From Dehalococcoidia bacterium (lineage in GTDB: Bacteria; Chloroflexota; Dehalococcoidia; Lucifugimonadales; UBA3495), in NCBI GenBank assembly GCA_965222595.1, contig CBDCUJ010000011.1, forward strand, positions 4,838-68,837: DNA of 64,000 nt, read 5' to 3'. Position numbers and translations under genes: made by a program. Shown here piece after piece: positions 8,663-17,522 of this stretch (within the stretch, counting starts at the first letter, position 1; every line of letters starts with the position of its first letter). Under the pieces are notes generated by a model. The model made no database searches, was not told the DNA's origin, and saw only the letters and a list, made by a program, of their open reading frames with translations.

Positions 8663-9436
8663 ATGGACTATGAGCATCTGCTGGTGGAAATCGAAGACCG
8701 GGTAATGGTCATCACCATGAACCGCCCCGAAGTGCTTAACGCCATGAACCACAAGCTGGACGAAGAGTTGTACGACGCGGTGATGGCAGCCAACGGCGAC
8801 GACGGCGTGGGCTGTATTGTGATTACCGGGGCGGGCAACCGGGCCTTTTCCGCTGGCGGGGACATCCACGAGCAAAGGGTACACGCGGCGGAGCTCACCG
8901 AAGAGCAGCGAGAGGCCGATTCCCTCAGATACCAGCAATGGATGTACGAGATTTCCGCCTCGCCAAAGCCGGTAATCGGCATGATGAACGGCTTGGCGTA
9001 CGGCGGCGGCGCGGTGCTGGCGTCCTGCCTCGACATGCGGGTGGGCTGCGAGAACGCGAGGTTCCGTTTCTTGGCCGTGGCCTACGGCCGCATCAACAGC
9101 ACTTGGACCCTGACCAACCAGGTGGGCTGGCCAATGGCCAAGGAGTATTTGCTCACCGGACGGGTGGTGGAGGCGGAGGAGGCCTACCGGGTGGGATTGC
9201 TCAACCACTTGGTGTCCTCAGAGGAGCTCCGCGAAAAAACCATGGAGATCGCCGCCACTATCGCCGGCCACCGACCGGAGTCAGTAATTGGCATAAAGGA
9301 GATACTGCTGCGAGACAAGGCCGCCGACCTGCGGGAGATGTGGGAGAACGAGCGCGACTACACCAACGAGGTAAAGGGCTACGGCGTAGAGCAGGCCTTC
9401 CCCGAGTTCATTGCCCGCCGGGGGCGGGAGCTTTAG
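8663..9436 (+). CDS. Enoyl-CoA hydratase/isomerase (crotonase) family protein
   Basis: MDYEHLLVEIEDRVMVITMNRPEVLNAMN...ITGAGNRAFSAGGDI...GGG. Start placed at ATG 8663; the upstream TTG extension at 8537 has no family match. Confidence 0.85.
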   Translation: MDYEHLLVEIEDRVMVITMNRPEVLNAMNHKLDEELYDAVMAANGDDGVGCIVITGAGNRAFSAGGDIHEQRVHAAELTEEQREADSLRYQQWMYEISASPKPVIGMMNGLAYGGGAVLASCLDMRVGCENARFRFLAVAYGRINSTWTLTNQVGWPMAKEYLLTGRVVEAEEAYRVGLLNHLVSSEELREKTMEIAATIAGHRPESVIGIKEILLRDKAADLREMWENERDYTNEVKGYGVEQAFPEFIARRGREL

Positions 9437-9506
9437 CTGACGCCGGTTTGTGCTGAAGTTGCCGTCGGAAGCCCTTGCGCACTGACGGCTTTGGGAGAGA
9501 CGAGCC

Positions 9507-9761
9507 ATGAGAGAGTTAACTCTGGTGCTGGAGGACGAGGCGCTTTACGCGGCCCTAGAAACTGAGGCTGCGACCACCGGCCACACGGTTCAAGACGTTG
9601 TGGTCCAAGCGCTGCGGCAATGGCAAGCCGACTCTGAACTGGACGCCGGGGAGCGTGACGAACTCGCGGAGGCGCGCCAAGAGTGGGAAGAAATGGGCGG
9701 AATGGAACCCAAAGCCTTTTTCGATAGGCTGCGTCAAGAGGAAGCCGGCCTCGACGGATGA
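9507..9761 (+). CDS. Type II antitoxin, ribbon-helix-helix-like, partner of the RelE/ParE toxin
   Basis: 84 aa, acidic C-terminus. 4-nt ATGA overlap with the downstream toxin gene. Confidence 0.6.
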   Translation: MRELTLVLEDEALYAALETEAATTGHTVQDVVVQALRQWQADSELDAGERDELAEARQEWEEMGGMEPKAFFDRLRQEEAGLDG

Positions 9762-10021
9762 TATATCGCGTCGAAGTATCGCCCGCCGCTCAAAGAAACC
9801 TTCGGAGAATCATCCCACAGTATAGAGACCGTATTGAAGACGCAATCTACTGTTTGGCCGTCGACCCTCATCCACGGGGAAGTGTCAAAATACAAGGCGA
9901 AGAACGTTCGTGGCGCATTCGGGCCGGCAGATTTAGAATCGTCTACGAAATACGAGCGGACATCCGAGTGGTGGTAATTTTGAAGGTCGCGCGACGGGAC
10001 GAATCGACCTACCGAACGTGA
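9758..10021 (+). CDS. RelE/ParE-family type II toxin
   Basis: 87 aa. ...DPHPRGSVKIQGEERSWRIRAGRFRIVYEIRADIRVVVILKVARRDESTY matches the RelE/ParE pattern (G..yRiRvGdyRiiY.i.d....v..v.hR...Y). Confidence 0.75.
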   Translation: MIYRVEVSPAAQRNLRRIIPQYRDRIEDAIYCLAVDPHPRGSVKIQGEERSWRIRAGRFRIVYEIRADIRVVVILKVARRDESTYRT

Positions 10022-10057
10022 GTATCCAGCGGGTAGCAGTAACGACGAGACTTGGTC

Positions 10058-10714
10058 CTACCCGTTTAGGGTGCCCTTGGTGCTGGGCACTTGGCCGGGG
10101 GCCCGGGGGTCCGGCTCCAGGGCGTCCCGCAGAGAGCGGGCCAGCGCTTTGCACAGGGCTTCCGCCTTGTGGTGGGGGTCTACTCCGGTGAGGACTTTTG
10201 CGTGAAGGTTGATCTTGCCCTCCAGAGCGAAGGACTCGAAGAAGTGCCGCACCAGTGAACCCGGCAGTGTCTCCACCATGGCGTCGTCGAAGGTCGTCTC
10301 GATTACCGCGTAGCCCCGCCCTGAGCAGTCCAGAGCGACCATCGCCAGGGTCTCGTCTAAGGGCACGATGGCGTGGCCCATGCGGCGAATGCCACGGGCG
10401 TCGCCCAGAGCCTCCCGGAAGGTGCGTCCCAAGGCGATGCCGACATCCTCCACCAAGTGATGCCAGCCGGTGTGCAGGTCGCCCTTCGCCCGAAGGGTTA
10501 TGTCGATCAACCCGTGGCGGGATATCTGGCTCACCATGTGGTCGAGGAACCCGTTGCCGGTATCGACTTCGTAGACGCCGGAGCCGTCCAGGTCCATGGC
10601 CAGGTAGATGTCCGTTTCGCCGGTGGTCCGCTGGGTGACGGCGGAGCGGCCGGGAGGGCCTGCAGGTTCGCGTGAAGGTCCGCCTGAAGATTCGATAGAC
10701 CGTTCAGTTGACAC
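10058..10714 (-). CDS. hisB: Imidazoleglycerol-phosphate dehydratase
   Basis: RTTGETDI...DTGNGFLDHM...HHLVEDVGIALG...PLDETL...HHKAEALCKALARSL. Start set to GTG 10714, overlapping the hisC stop. Track start 10756 is less likely. Confidence 0.85.
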   Translation of the reverse strand: MSTERSIESSGGPSREPAGPPGRSAVTQRTTGETDIYLAMDLDGSGVYEVDTGNGFLDHMVSQISRHGLIDITLRAKGDLHTGWHHLVEDVGIALGRTFREALGDARGIRRMGHAIVPLDETLAMVALDCSGRGYAVIETTFDDAMVETLPGSLVRHFFESFALEGKINLHAKVLTGVDPHHKAEALCKALARSLRDALEPDPRAPGQVPSTKGTLNG

Positions 10715-11822
10715 TGCTGTCTCCGGTAAGCTCGGCCATAGCGCCCACCACGGCATCGGTTTCGTAGGGCAGTCCGACGCTGGTCCGGACGCAGTCCCTC
10801 AAGCGGTCGTTGTTCCAGTGGCGGAGGAAGATGCCGCGGCTGCAGAGACCGTCGAAAATGTCCTTGCCGCGTCCGTCCGGCAACTGGCAAAGGATGAAGT
10901 TGGCGCTTGACGGCCAAGGCTTGACGTTGGGCAGCTCACCCAAGAGGCGGGCCATCCTGTCCCGTTCTTCCACGATGGCGTTGACCCGGTCCAGCAGCGC
11001 GGGCACGTCTTCCAACGACACCGTCAGCGCCACCTCGGCGGCCAGGTTGACGTTGTAGGGAGGCTTGATCGCCATCAGGGTCTGGGCCAACTCCGGGTGC
11101 ATCGCGCCAAGGCCGATGCGGAGGCCGGCCAGCCCCGCCCACTTGCTGAATGTTCGCAACACCACCAGGTTGGGGTATTCCTCCAGCATGGGAACGCTGG
11201 TCGCCCCGCTGAACTCGTAGTAGGCTTCGTCGACAATCACCATCAGGCCGGTGTCCAAGAGCGCCCGGATTTCGGACTCGGCGGCGATGTTGCCGCTGGG
11301 GTTGTTGGGGCTGGCGAGGATAATGGCCTTGGTGTTGGCCGTTATCGCCAGCTTGACGGCTTCGATGTCGATCTCGAAGTTCTCGTCCCTCGGGACGGCA
11401 ATCGTCTGCCCTCCGCAGAGGCCCGTGTTAAACGAGTACATGCCGAAGGTCGGGGCGGCGGTGATGACGTTGTCGCCGGTACCGACGAACACTCGGAGCA
11501 AAAGGTCGATGAGCTCATCGCTGCCGTTGCCCGCCACGATGCTGTCGGGAGCTACGTTGATGTAACCAGACAGCACCCGGCGCAATTGCCGCTGGTCGGG
11601 GTCCGGGTAGTGATTGTAATTCTGGAAATTGGCGAGAGCTTGGGCGACCCGCGGCGAGGGACCGTACGGATTTTCGTTTCCGTTCAGCCGGATGATCTTT
11701 TCCGGGGGAATACCCGCCCGCTCCGCCATGACCTCCATGGGTTCCACGCCGTGATAGACCTCTATGCTCCGTATGTGTGGAAGCATCGCGTTTTTGATAG
11801 CGGATGATTTTATGGCAGCCAT
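10704..11822 (-). CDS. hisC: Histidinol-phosphate aminotransferase
   Basis: 372 aa. LNGNENPYGPSP...SPNNPSGN...RTFSKWAGLAGLRIG (PLP lysine). Confidence 0.9.
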   Translation of the reverse strand: MAAIKSSAIKNAMLPHIRSIEVYHGVEPMEVMAERAGIPPEKIIRLNGNENPYGPSPRVAQALANFQNYNHYPDPDQRQLRRVLSGYINVAPDSIVAGNGSDELIDLLLRVFVGTGDNVITAAPTFGMYSFNTGLCGGQTIAVPRDENFEIDIEAVKLAITANTKAIILASPNNPSGNIAAESEIRALLDTGLMVIVDEAYYEFSGATSVPMLEEYPNLVVLRTFSKWAGLAGLRIGLGAMHPELAQTLMAIKPPYNVNLAAEVALTVSLEDVPALLDRVNAIVEERDRMARLLGELPNVKPWPSSANFILCQLPDGRGKDIFDGLCSRGIFLRHWNNDRLRDCVRTSVGLPYETDAVVGAMAELTGDSSVN

Positions 11823-11839
11823 GGCTCTTTAACGCTGGT

Positions 11840-13177
11840 TCAGGATTTTCGCAGGGCGTCCAAGCGGACTTGAACTGCTCCGGCGTGGCCGGACAGCCCC
11901 TCGGCGTTGGCGATGTGGACGGCGGCTGGGCCCAGACTCTGAAAGTCGTCCGGTTTCAGGCCGACCACCGGCATCGTGCGCAGGAAGTGGTGAACGCCTA
12001 GCGCGGAGCCGAAGCGGGCGGTGCCGCCGGTGGGCATCACATGGCTGGGCCCGGCGATGTAGTCGCCCATTACCTCCGGAGAGTATTCGCCCAAGAAGAG
12101 GCCGCCAGCGTGCTTGACGCGGTCGACCCACTCCCAAGGCTCCCGTAGCAACAGGCACAGGTGTTCCGGCGCGACCCGGTTGGCCAAGTCCATGGCGTCG
12201 TCGAGGGAGTCGACGATTACCACCCGGCCTTGGCGCTCCAGCGACTGCCGGGCCACCTCACCTCTTGGCGCGGCCGCCAAGCATTCTTCCAACCGGTCTT
12301 CGACACGGGAGACAAGGGCGGCGCTGTCGGTAATCAGAATCGCGGTGGCCAGCGGATCGTGCTCGGCTTGGGCGATGAGGTCGGCGGCGCAGAAGTCGGC
12401 GTTGGCGGAATCGTCGGCCATGATTATGGTCTCGGTGGGGCCGAACACGCCGTCGATGTCCACGACTCCCTGCACCAACTTCTTGGCGTAGGCCACGAAA
12501 ACATTGCCGGGCCCGCAGATCTTGTCCACCTTGGGGACTGACTCCGTGCCGTAGGCCATGGCGGCGATGGCGGGCACTCCGCCCACTTGGTAGAGGGCGT
12601 CGACGCCCGCGATTTCGGCAGCGGCCACCACGGCGGGGTTCAGCGGCTCCGCCCCCAACCGGGGAGTGGTGAGGATGACCTCCCTCACTCCGGCGACCCG
12701 TGCCGGGATGGCGGTCATGAGCACCGTGGACGGGTAGGCGGCCGAGCCGCCGGGAGCGTAGAGTCCCACGCGGTCCAACGGCCGGACCAGCTCACCCAGC
12801 CCCTGGCGGAGGTCCATCCAGCCGCCGGGCATGGTGGCTTCGTGGAACGCCCTGATGCGGGCGGCGGCCAATTCCAACGACTCCCGCAACTCCGGGCTTA
12901 CCAACTTCTTGGCGGCATTGACTTCGGCCTCGTCGATGCGGAAATGTTCGAGGTCTGCGCCGTCGAGCAGCTTGGCGTAGTGACGCACTGCGGAGTCGCC
13001 GTCCCGCCGGACATCGGCCAGTATCTTTACGACCGACTCGGCGGGGGTTACGTCGTCGCCGAACGCCTGGCGTGTCCGGACCAGGACGGACTCCGGCAGA
13101 GAAGTCAGGTCGAGAGGGTCAACACGCACCAGGACTTCTCCGGCGTTTTCCAGTCCGCGAACTACCTTAAGGGCCAC
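11840..13177 (-). CDS. hisD: Histidinol dehydrogenase
   Basis: 445 aa. ...YAPGGSAAYPSTVLM...CGPGNVFVAYAKK...AGPTE...QAEHD...APEHL. Confidence 0.9.
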   Translation of the reverse strand: MALKVVRGLENAGEVLVRVDPLDLTSLPESVLVRTRQAFGDDVTPAESVVKILADVRRDGDSAVRHYAKLLDGADLEHFRIDEAEVNAAKKLVSPELRESLELAAARIRAFHEATMPGGWMDLRQGLGELVRPLDRVGLYAPGGSAAYPSTVLMTAIPARVAGVREVILTTPRLGAEPLNPAVVAAAEIAGVDALYQVGGVPAIAAMAYGTESVPKVDKICGPGNVFVAYAKKLVQGVVDIDGVFGPTETIIMADDSANADFCAADLIAQAEHDPLATAILITDSAALVSRVEDRLEECLAAAPRGEVARQSLERQGRVVIVDSLDDAMDLANRVAPEHLCLLLREPWEWVDRVKHAGGLFLGEYSPEVMGDYIAGPSHVMPTGGTARFGSALGVHHFLRTMPVVGLKPDDFQSLGPAAVHIANAEGLSGHAGAVQVRLDALRKS

Positions 13178-13203
13178 TGATGCGCTCCGAAACCGCCATT
13201 GGA

Positions 13204-13968
13204 TCAGGCGGGGACGAATTCACGAATTTGGGCGATTGTGGCGGCCACTGCCTGCTGCCGGTAGGCTTCCACCCTGGCCTCGGGTATCTTTTCGTACACC
13301 TCTTCCAGGCTGCGGGGCATACGCTCCAAAAACTCGCCGACGGAGTACTGGACATCGTCGTTGTCCCGGTACATCCGGTTGAGCGCCCGTTTCAGGCGCT
13401 CCCAATCAAACTCCATCCCCATGAAACGGCCCACCCACTCCTTCCACTCGGCGAGGAGGCCGTCTTCCAGGAAAGCAACGGATACGCCCTCGTCGCCGCA
13501 GGACACCGCTTGTTTGGCGTCAATACTACCCTGTAACTCCGGCAACGACTGGCGGTCCATGTCCAGTTGGATGGCCCGGTCCCAGATATCGGCTTCGACC
13601 TGGTCGGCGGTGAGCCGCGCATCCTCGACCGTGGTGTCGAAGTTGGCCCGGTACACGCTGGTTATCCAGGTCTCATCTGCGGCGAGATGGCTGATGTAGC
13701 CCAACAAAAAAGACCGCGTGGCCTCGGAGACCTCCTCCCCTTCCAAGAGGGCCGGGTAGTTTTCGAACATCGTCCTCGTTCCGGTGCCCACTTCCTCGAC
13801 GGAGAGCAGGGAGAAATGGGTCTTTTCCCGGGGCCACTTCGTCATGGCCCGGATGTCGGGAGTGGTGGAGCCGAGGTAAAAGCTGCCGATGTTGTCGTAA
13901 ACGTACCCGCGGTCGAGCCGCTCGGCAACCTGGTTGGCCAAGTAGATATGCATCGGTAGATTCGGCAT
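13204..13968 (-). CDS. Uncharacterised protein, possibly a zinc-dependent phospholipase C-like metal-hydrolase fold
   Basis: 254 aa. N-terminal H-containing helix (MHIYLANQ), LGSTTPD, ISHLAADE histidine/aspartate pattern. Weak recall-based assignment. Confidence 0.35.
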   Translation of the reverse strand: MPNLPMHIYLANQVAERLDRGYVYDNIGSFYLGSTTPDIRAMTKWPREKTHFSLLSVEEVGTGTRTMFENYPALLEGEEVSEATRSFLLGYISHLAADETWITSVYRANFDTTVEDARLTADQVEADIWDRAIQLDMDRQSLPELQGSIDAKQAVSCGDEGVSVAFLEDGLLAEWKEWVGRFMGMEFDWERLKRALNRMYRDNDDVQYSVGEFLERMPRSLEEVYEKIPEARVEAYRQQAVAATIAQIREFVPA

Positions 13969-13986
13969 TGGCGCTATCTTACCCGC

Positions 13987-15084
13987 TCACTTCCGGCTTG
14001 TCGAACCTTCGTCAAGGCCAAACAGGGTGTCGTAGGCCCTCGAGTGGCCGTCGAACAGGTAGCTGAGCTGCTCCGCAGCCACACCGTCCGCCCCGCATTC
14101 CCTGAGGTGGTAAACCGCTTCGAGCAACCGTTCCTTTCGCACCAGCAGGCTGACGCTGAACCAGTCCCGCTCTTCCACGTTATACACCCGCGCAACGGTG
14201 GGTCCGCGAAGTCCGGCCAAGGCGGGGCGGGCCAACACCATAGCGCTGACCTCTTCGGCGGACGCTCCTTGGACGTTGGCGGTGACCCGGTAGTAGGGTT
14301 CCGCCCTGAGGCGGGCGTCCATCATGTCGGTGATGGCCTGGGCCAGGTCCAATGCATCCTGGGACTCGGACAAAAGCGCCGGATTCGCCACCAGGCAGGC
14401 CTGGGAGCTCAGCACCGTGCCGCCGTCAAGCGTCTTCAAGTTGTTTTCCCGGAGCGTCGTACCGGTGGCGGTCAGGTCGGCGATCAGGTCCGCATACCCG
14501 GCCGCGGGCGCGGCTTCCATCGTGCCGGAAGCCGGGACCAGCGTGAAATGGTTGATGCCCTTTTCATAGAGGAAAGAGCGCAACAACCGGGGGTACTTGG
14601 TGGCGATGCGCAGTTGTTTGCCCTCTTGCCGGAATTCCAGGGCCAGGTCGGCCAAGTCGGCCAAGGACGTGACGTCGAGCCACGAGTGGGGAACCGCCAG
14701 CACGAACTCGCATCGGCCGTAGCCAAGGCTCTCCACCAGCACGGCGGCGCGGCGATGGTCGTTCCGGTACTCCAGCACCCGGTCCAGGCCGGTTACCCCT
14801 AACTCGGCGCTGCCTTCCTCTACTTTCCGGGCGATGTCGGCGGAGCGTTGGAACAGCACTTCGGTCCCTGGCAGGGCTGGGACCGATCCGGTGTAGCGGC
14901 GGGCGTTGGGCCGCAGAACGCGCAAGCCGCAGTCCCGCATGAAGGCGAGGGTCGGCTCGTATAGCTCACCATCGCTGGGCAGCGCCATCCGCAGGGCTGG
15001 CCGGCCTGTTGCTGCTTCCCCGTTCGGGCCTGTGTCTGGCCGTTTTATAATTTCTGGCATTTCAGCTTCACGTCCGCCGTTCAC
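13987..15084 (-). CDS. hisG: ATP phosphoribosyltransferase, long form with a C-terminal regulatory domain
   Basis: LRMALPSDGELYEPTLAFMRDCGL...LGVTGLD...ATKYPRL...DLTATGTTLREN plus a ~95-aa HisG_C-like tail. Start uncertain: GTG 15084, ATG 15060 or ATG 14988. Confidence 0.85.
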   Translation of the reverse strand: MNGGREAEMPEIIKRPDTGPNGEAATGRPALRMALPSDGELYEPTLAFMRDCGLRVLRPNARRYTGSVPALPGTEVLFQRSADIARKVEEGSAELGVTGLDRVLEYRNDHRRAAVLVESLGYGRCEFVLAVPHSWLDVTSLADLADLALEFRQEGKQLRIATKYPRLLRSFLYEKGINHFTLVPASGTMEAAPAAGYADLIADLTATGTTLRENNLKTLDGGTVLSSQACLVANPALLSESQDALDLAQAITDMMDARLRAEPYYRVTANVQGASAEEVSAMVLARPALAGLRGPTVARVYNVEERDWFSVSLLVRKERLLEAVYHLRECGADGVAAEQLSYLFDGHSRAYDTLFGLDEGSTSRK

Positions 15085-16574
15085 GCGACTTCGTGGGCTG
15101 ACGCCCGCCCGTTCTCGTCTACAACCACGACCCTGGCCAGACCGCGCGCCGCCGCGAAGGTCATGGCCTGTTCCAAAGTGCGCCCGTTTACTTCGAGTTC
15201 GGCCGTTTCGCCCTGCCGGCGGAATTCTTGGGCCGCACTGAGCGCCTTGAGTTGCGCCGGGTGGCCAGCGGCCAACACCAGCACGCCAGAGGGACGGTCC
15301 TCGGACGGGCCGGTTGTTTCTTCAGGGGAGGTCAAAGCCAGCAGTGCGTCGAGGTTGTAGGCGAACCCCAAGGCCGGTAGCTGTCCGTCGCCGCCGAGGG
15401 CCCGCGCCAAGCCGTCGTAACGGCCGCCGCCCCCCAAGGGGACCGGCCAGCCGGGATGGGATACTTCGAAGATGATGCCATTGTAATACGCCAGGCTGCG
15501 CACCAATCCGAAGTCGAACATGAAACGCTCGCCCATTTCCGGTTGGTGCGCCAGCAGCCGGTACACTTGTTCCAAGCGGCGGACCGCGGATTCATCGGCG
15601 CCGGCGTTGACCAACACCTGGGCCGCTCCCGCCAGGGCGTCGGCGGGATGGCCTCTTACTTGGGCGAGTTCCCAAGCCAGTTCCAATGCCAACCGCAGCT
15701 TTTCTTCGTCGTCGGCGCCCCGGATTTTTCGGAGTAACCTTTCAACCACCTCTTCCGGTGTCCGCTGGCCCAGGTGGTCGACCCCGTTGGAACGCAACAG
15801 CCCAAGCAACACCACGCGGGCCTGTCCATCGTCCAACCCTTGCACCGACCGGCCCAAGTAGTCGTCGCCTGTCTCGTGACCGATGAGATGCAGGTGGCGT
15901 CCCTCGTCCATCAATTGAGACACCGCTTCCCGCCCTTCCCTCAGCCGGGGTACGCTCTGGACCACAAACTCCCGAGCGCGGGTGGAGAGGCCCACCGGGT
16001 CGAGAAGGCTGTACAGCACGTCCAAGTCGGTCAATTGCAACGTCCAGCCGCGCAGTCCCGCCGTGGTGAGGAGCGACCCGGCCAAATCCAAGAGCTCGGC
16101 GTCGGCCATGAGGCTGGACGCGCCCAGCAACTCTCCGCCGATCTGGACGAACTGCCCTCCGGAAGCGGGGCCGGCGTCACCCGGGCCAGCGATGAGCCCG
16201 GTACCGTCGTACCGGAAGACTGGGCCGCAATACTGCCAGCGCGCCGGTAGTTCCACCGCGGCGCGCCGCTCCAAGTAGTGGCGCATGATAGGGGAGGTGA
16301 ACTCGGGGCGCAGGCTGACCGCGTTGCTGCCGGGGTCCGTGAAGCTGTAAAGCTGGGATGCCAGCTCGCCGCCGGACTTGCGGAGGAAAAGCTCGGTGGG
16401 TTCGAGCAGAGGCGTTTCCAGTTGGCGGTACCCGTAGCTGTCCAAGAGAGCGGCCAACAGGTCCTGGAGGTCTTCCCGCCTTTGCCGCTCCCGGCCAGAA
16501 ACGTCAGTCATGCCCGTCAATCGGGCAACGGTACGGGTTGAATCGCGGGTTGATTCGGTCGAATGGCGGTTCAT
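15081..16574 (-). CDS. hisZ: HisZ-like ATP-PRT regulatory subunit (HisRS paralog) retaining an anticodon-binding-like C-terminal domain
   Basis: YGYRQLETPLLEPTELF...LRPEFTSPIMR...FRYDG...GGQFVQIGGELLG lacks the HisRS motif-2 arginines. 4-nt overlap with hisG. C-terminal LVLAAG...RRQGETAELEV...ARVVVVDENG. Confidence 0.7.
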   Translation of the reverse strand: MNRHSTESTRDSTRTVARLTGMTDVSGRERQRREDLQDLLAALLDSYGYRQLETPLLEPTELFLRKSGGELASQLYSFTDPGSNAVSLRPEFTSPIMRHYLERRAAVELPARWQYCGPVFRYDGTGLIAGPGDAGPASGGQFVQIGGELLGASSLMADAELLDLAGSLLTTAGLRGWTLQLTDLDVLYSLLDPVGLSTRAREFVVQSVPRLREGREAVSQLMDEGRHLHLIGHETGDDYLGRSVQGLDDGQARVVLLGLLRSNGVDHLGQRTPEEVVERLLRKIRGADDEEKLRLALELAWELAQVRGHPADALAGAAQVLVNAGADESAVRRLEQVYRLLAHQPEMGERFMFDFGLVRSLAYYNGIIFEVSHPGWPVPLGGGGRYDGLARALGGDGQLPALGFAYNLDALLALTSPEETTGPSEDRPSGVLVLAAGHPAQLKALSAAQEFRRQGETAELEVNGRTLEQAMTFAAARGLARVVVVDENGRASAHEVA

Positions 16575-16702
16575 TGTGGACGGTCAATATTGTACAACAG
16601 CGGCCGGTCCAATTGACTGAACCAGGGTTTTCGGAATTCAAGGACATCCAGGATTGGCGTTCATACGGTGAATCCTTGAGCCCGCCAATCCCGATTCACA
16701 AC

Positions 16703-17494
16703 CTACGGATGGGCGTTGAGGCCTCCGTCCACGTATACCGGCTGGCCGGTGGAGTAGTCGCAGGACTCGGAACACAGATAGACCAGCAACGGCCCGATAT
16801 CCCGAGGGTGGCCCTTGCGGCGCAGCGGCGTGTAACGGACCAGCAGCTCCTCCCGTTGCACCTCGAGGGGCTGGTCCCGGACATCGATCCAGCCCGTTCC
16901 CAGTGCGTTGATCCGGATGTTCCGCGTACCCCATTCCACCGCCAGGGACCGCGTCAGCGACAGCAGGGCGGCCTGGCTGGCGGCGAAGGCAGAGCCGTTG
17001 ATCATCCCCCGCTCGGCCAGCTCCGAGACTACGTTGACGACTCTTCCGTACTCCTTGGCGGCCATCCGTGGCAGCACCTGCTGGCTCAGCAGGAAGGGCA
17101 GCTTAGCGTTACGGGCCTGGATTTCGTCCCATTCGTTCTCGGTTATCTCGGCGGCGGGCGCCGCGAACATGCTCCGGGCGTCGTTTACCAGGATGTCGAC
17201 CTTGCCGTGGCGCCGGTCGAATTCCGCCATCGCCTTGGCCGCCGCCGCTGAGTTCGAGGCGACCACGGCTCCATATGGCCCCGATGAATGGGAGGGACTG
17301 CCAGCGGGAAGGGCCGACAAGACCGCGTCCAACCCGGCTTGGTGACGGGCAATGGCGAAGACGCTTGCGCCGGCTTCGGCGAGGGCCTGAGCCAGGAACG
17401 GGCCCTCATCGCCGCCGGAAGTCGCGAGGATGGCCACTTGGCCGGAAAGGTCGTATTCGGAGAGCACCGGCATGGGACCGCTCCTACCAGTCAA
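16703..17494 (-). CDS. SDR-fold protein with degenerate cofactor and catalytic motifs (probable non-catalytic paralog)
   Basis: 263 aa. TGxxxGxG position reads ATSGGDEGPF, NNAG reads VNDAR, YxxxK reads FAASQ. The rest aligns to classical SDRs (...GRVVNVVS..., RINALGTGWI). Confidence 0.7.
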   Translation of the reverse strand: MTGRSGPMPVLSEYDLSGQVAILATSGGDEGPFLAQALAEAGASVFAIARHQAGLDAVLSALPAGSPSHSSGPYGAVVASNSAAAAKAMAEFDRRHGKVDILVNDARSMFAAPAAEITENEWDEIQARNAKLPFLLSQQVLPRMAAKEYGRVVNVVSELAERGMINGSAFAASQAALLSLTRSLAVEWGTRNIRINALGTGWIDVRDQPLEVQREELLVRYTPLRRKGHPRDIGPLLVYLCSESCDYSTGQPVYVDGGLNAHP

Positions 17495-17522
17495 TTAAGT
17501 CGTGTCGGCGAGTTGTGTTGGG

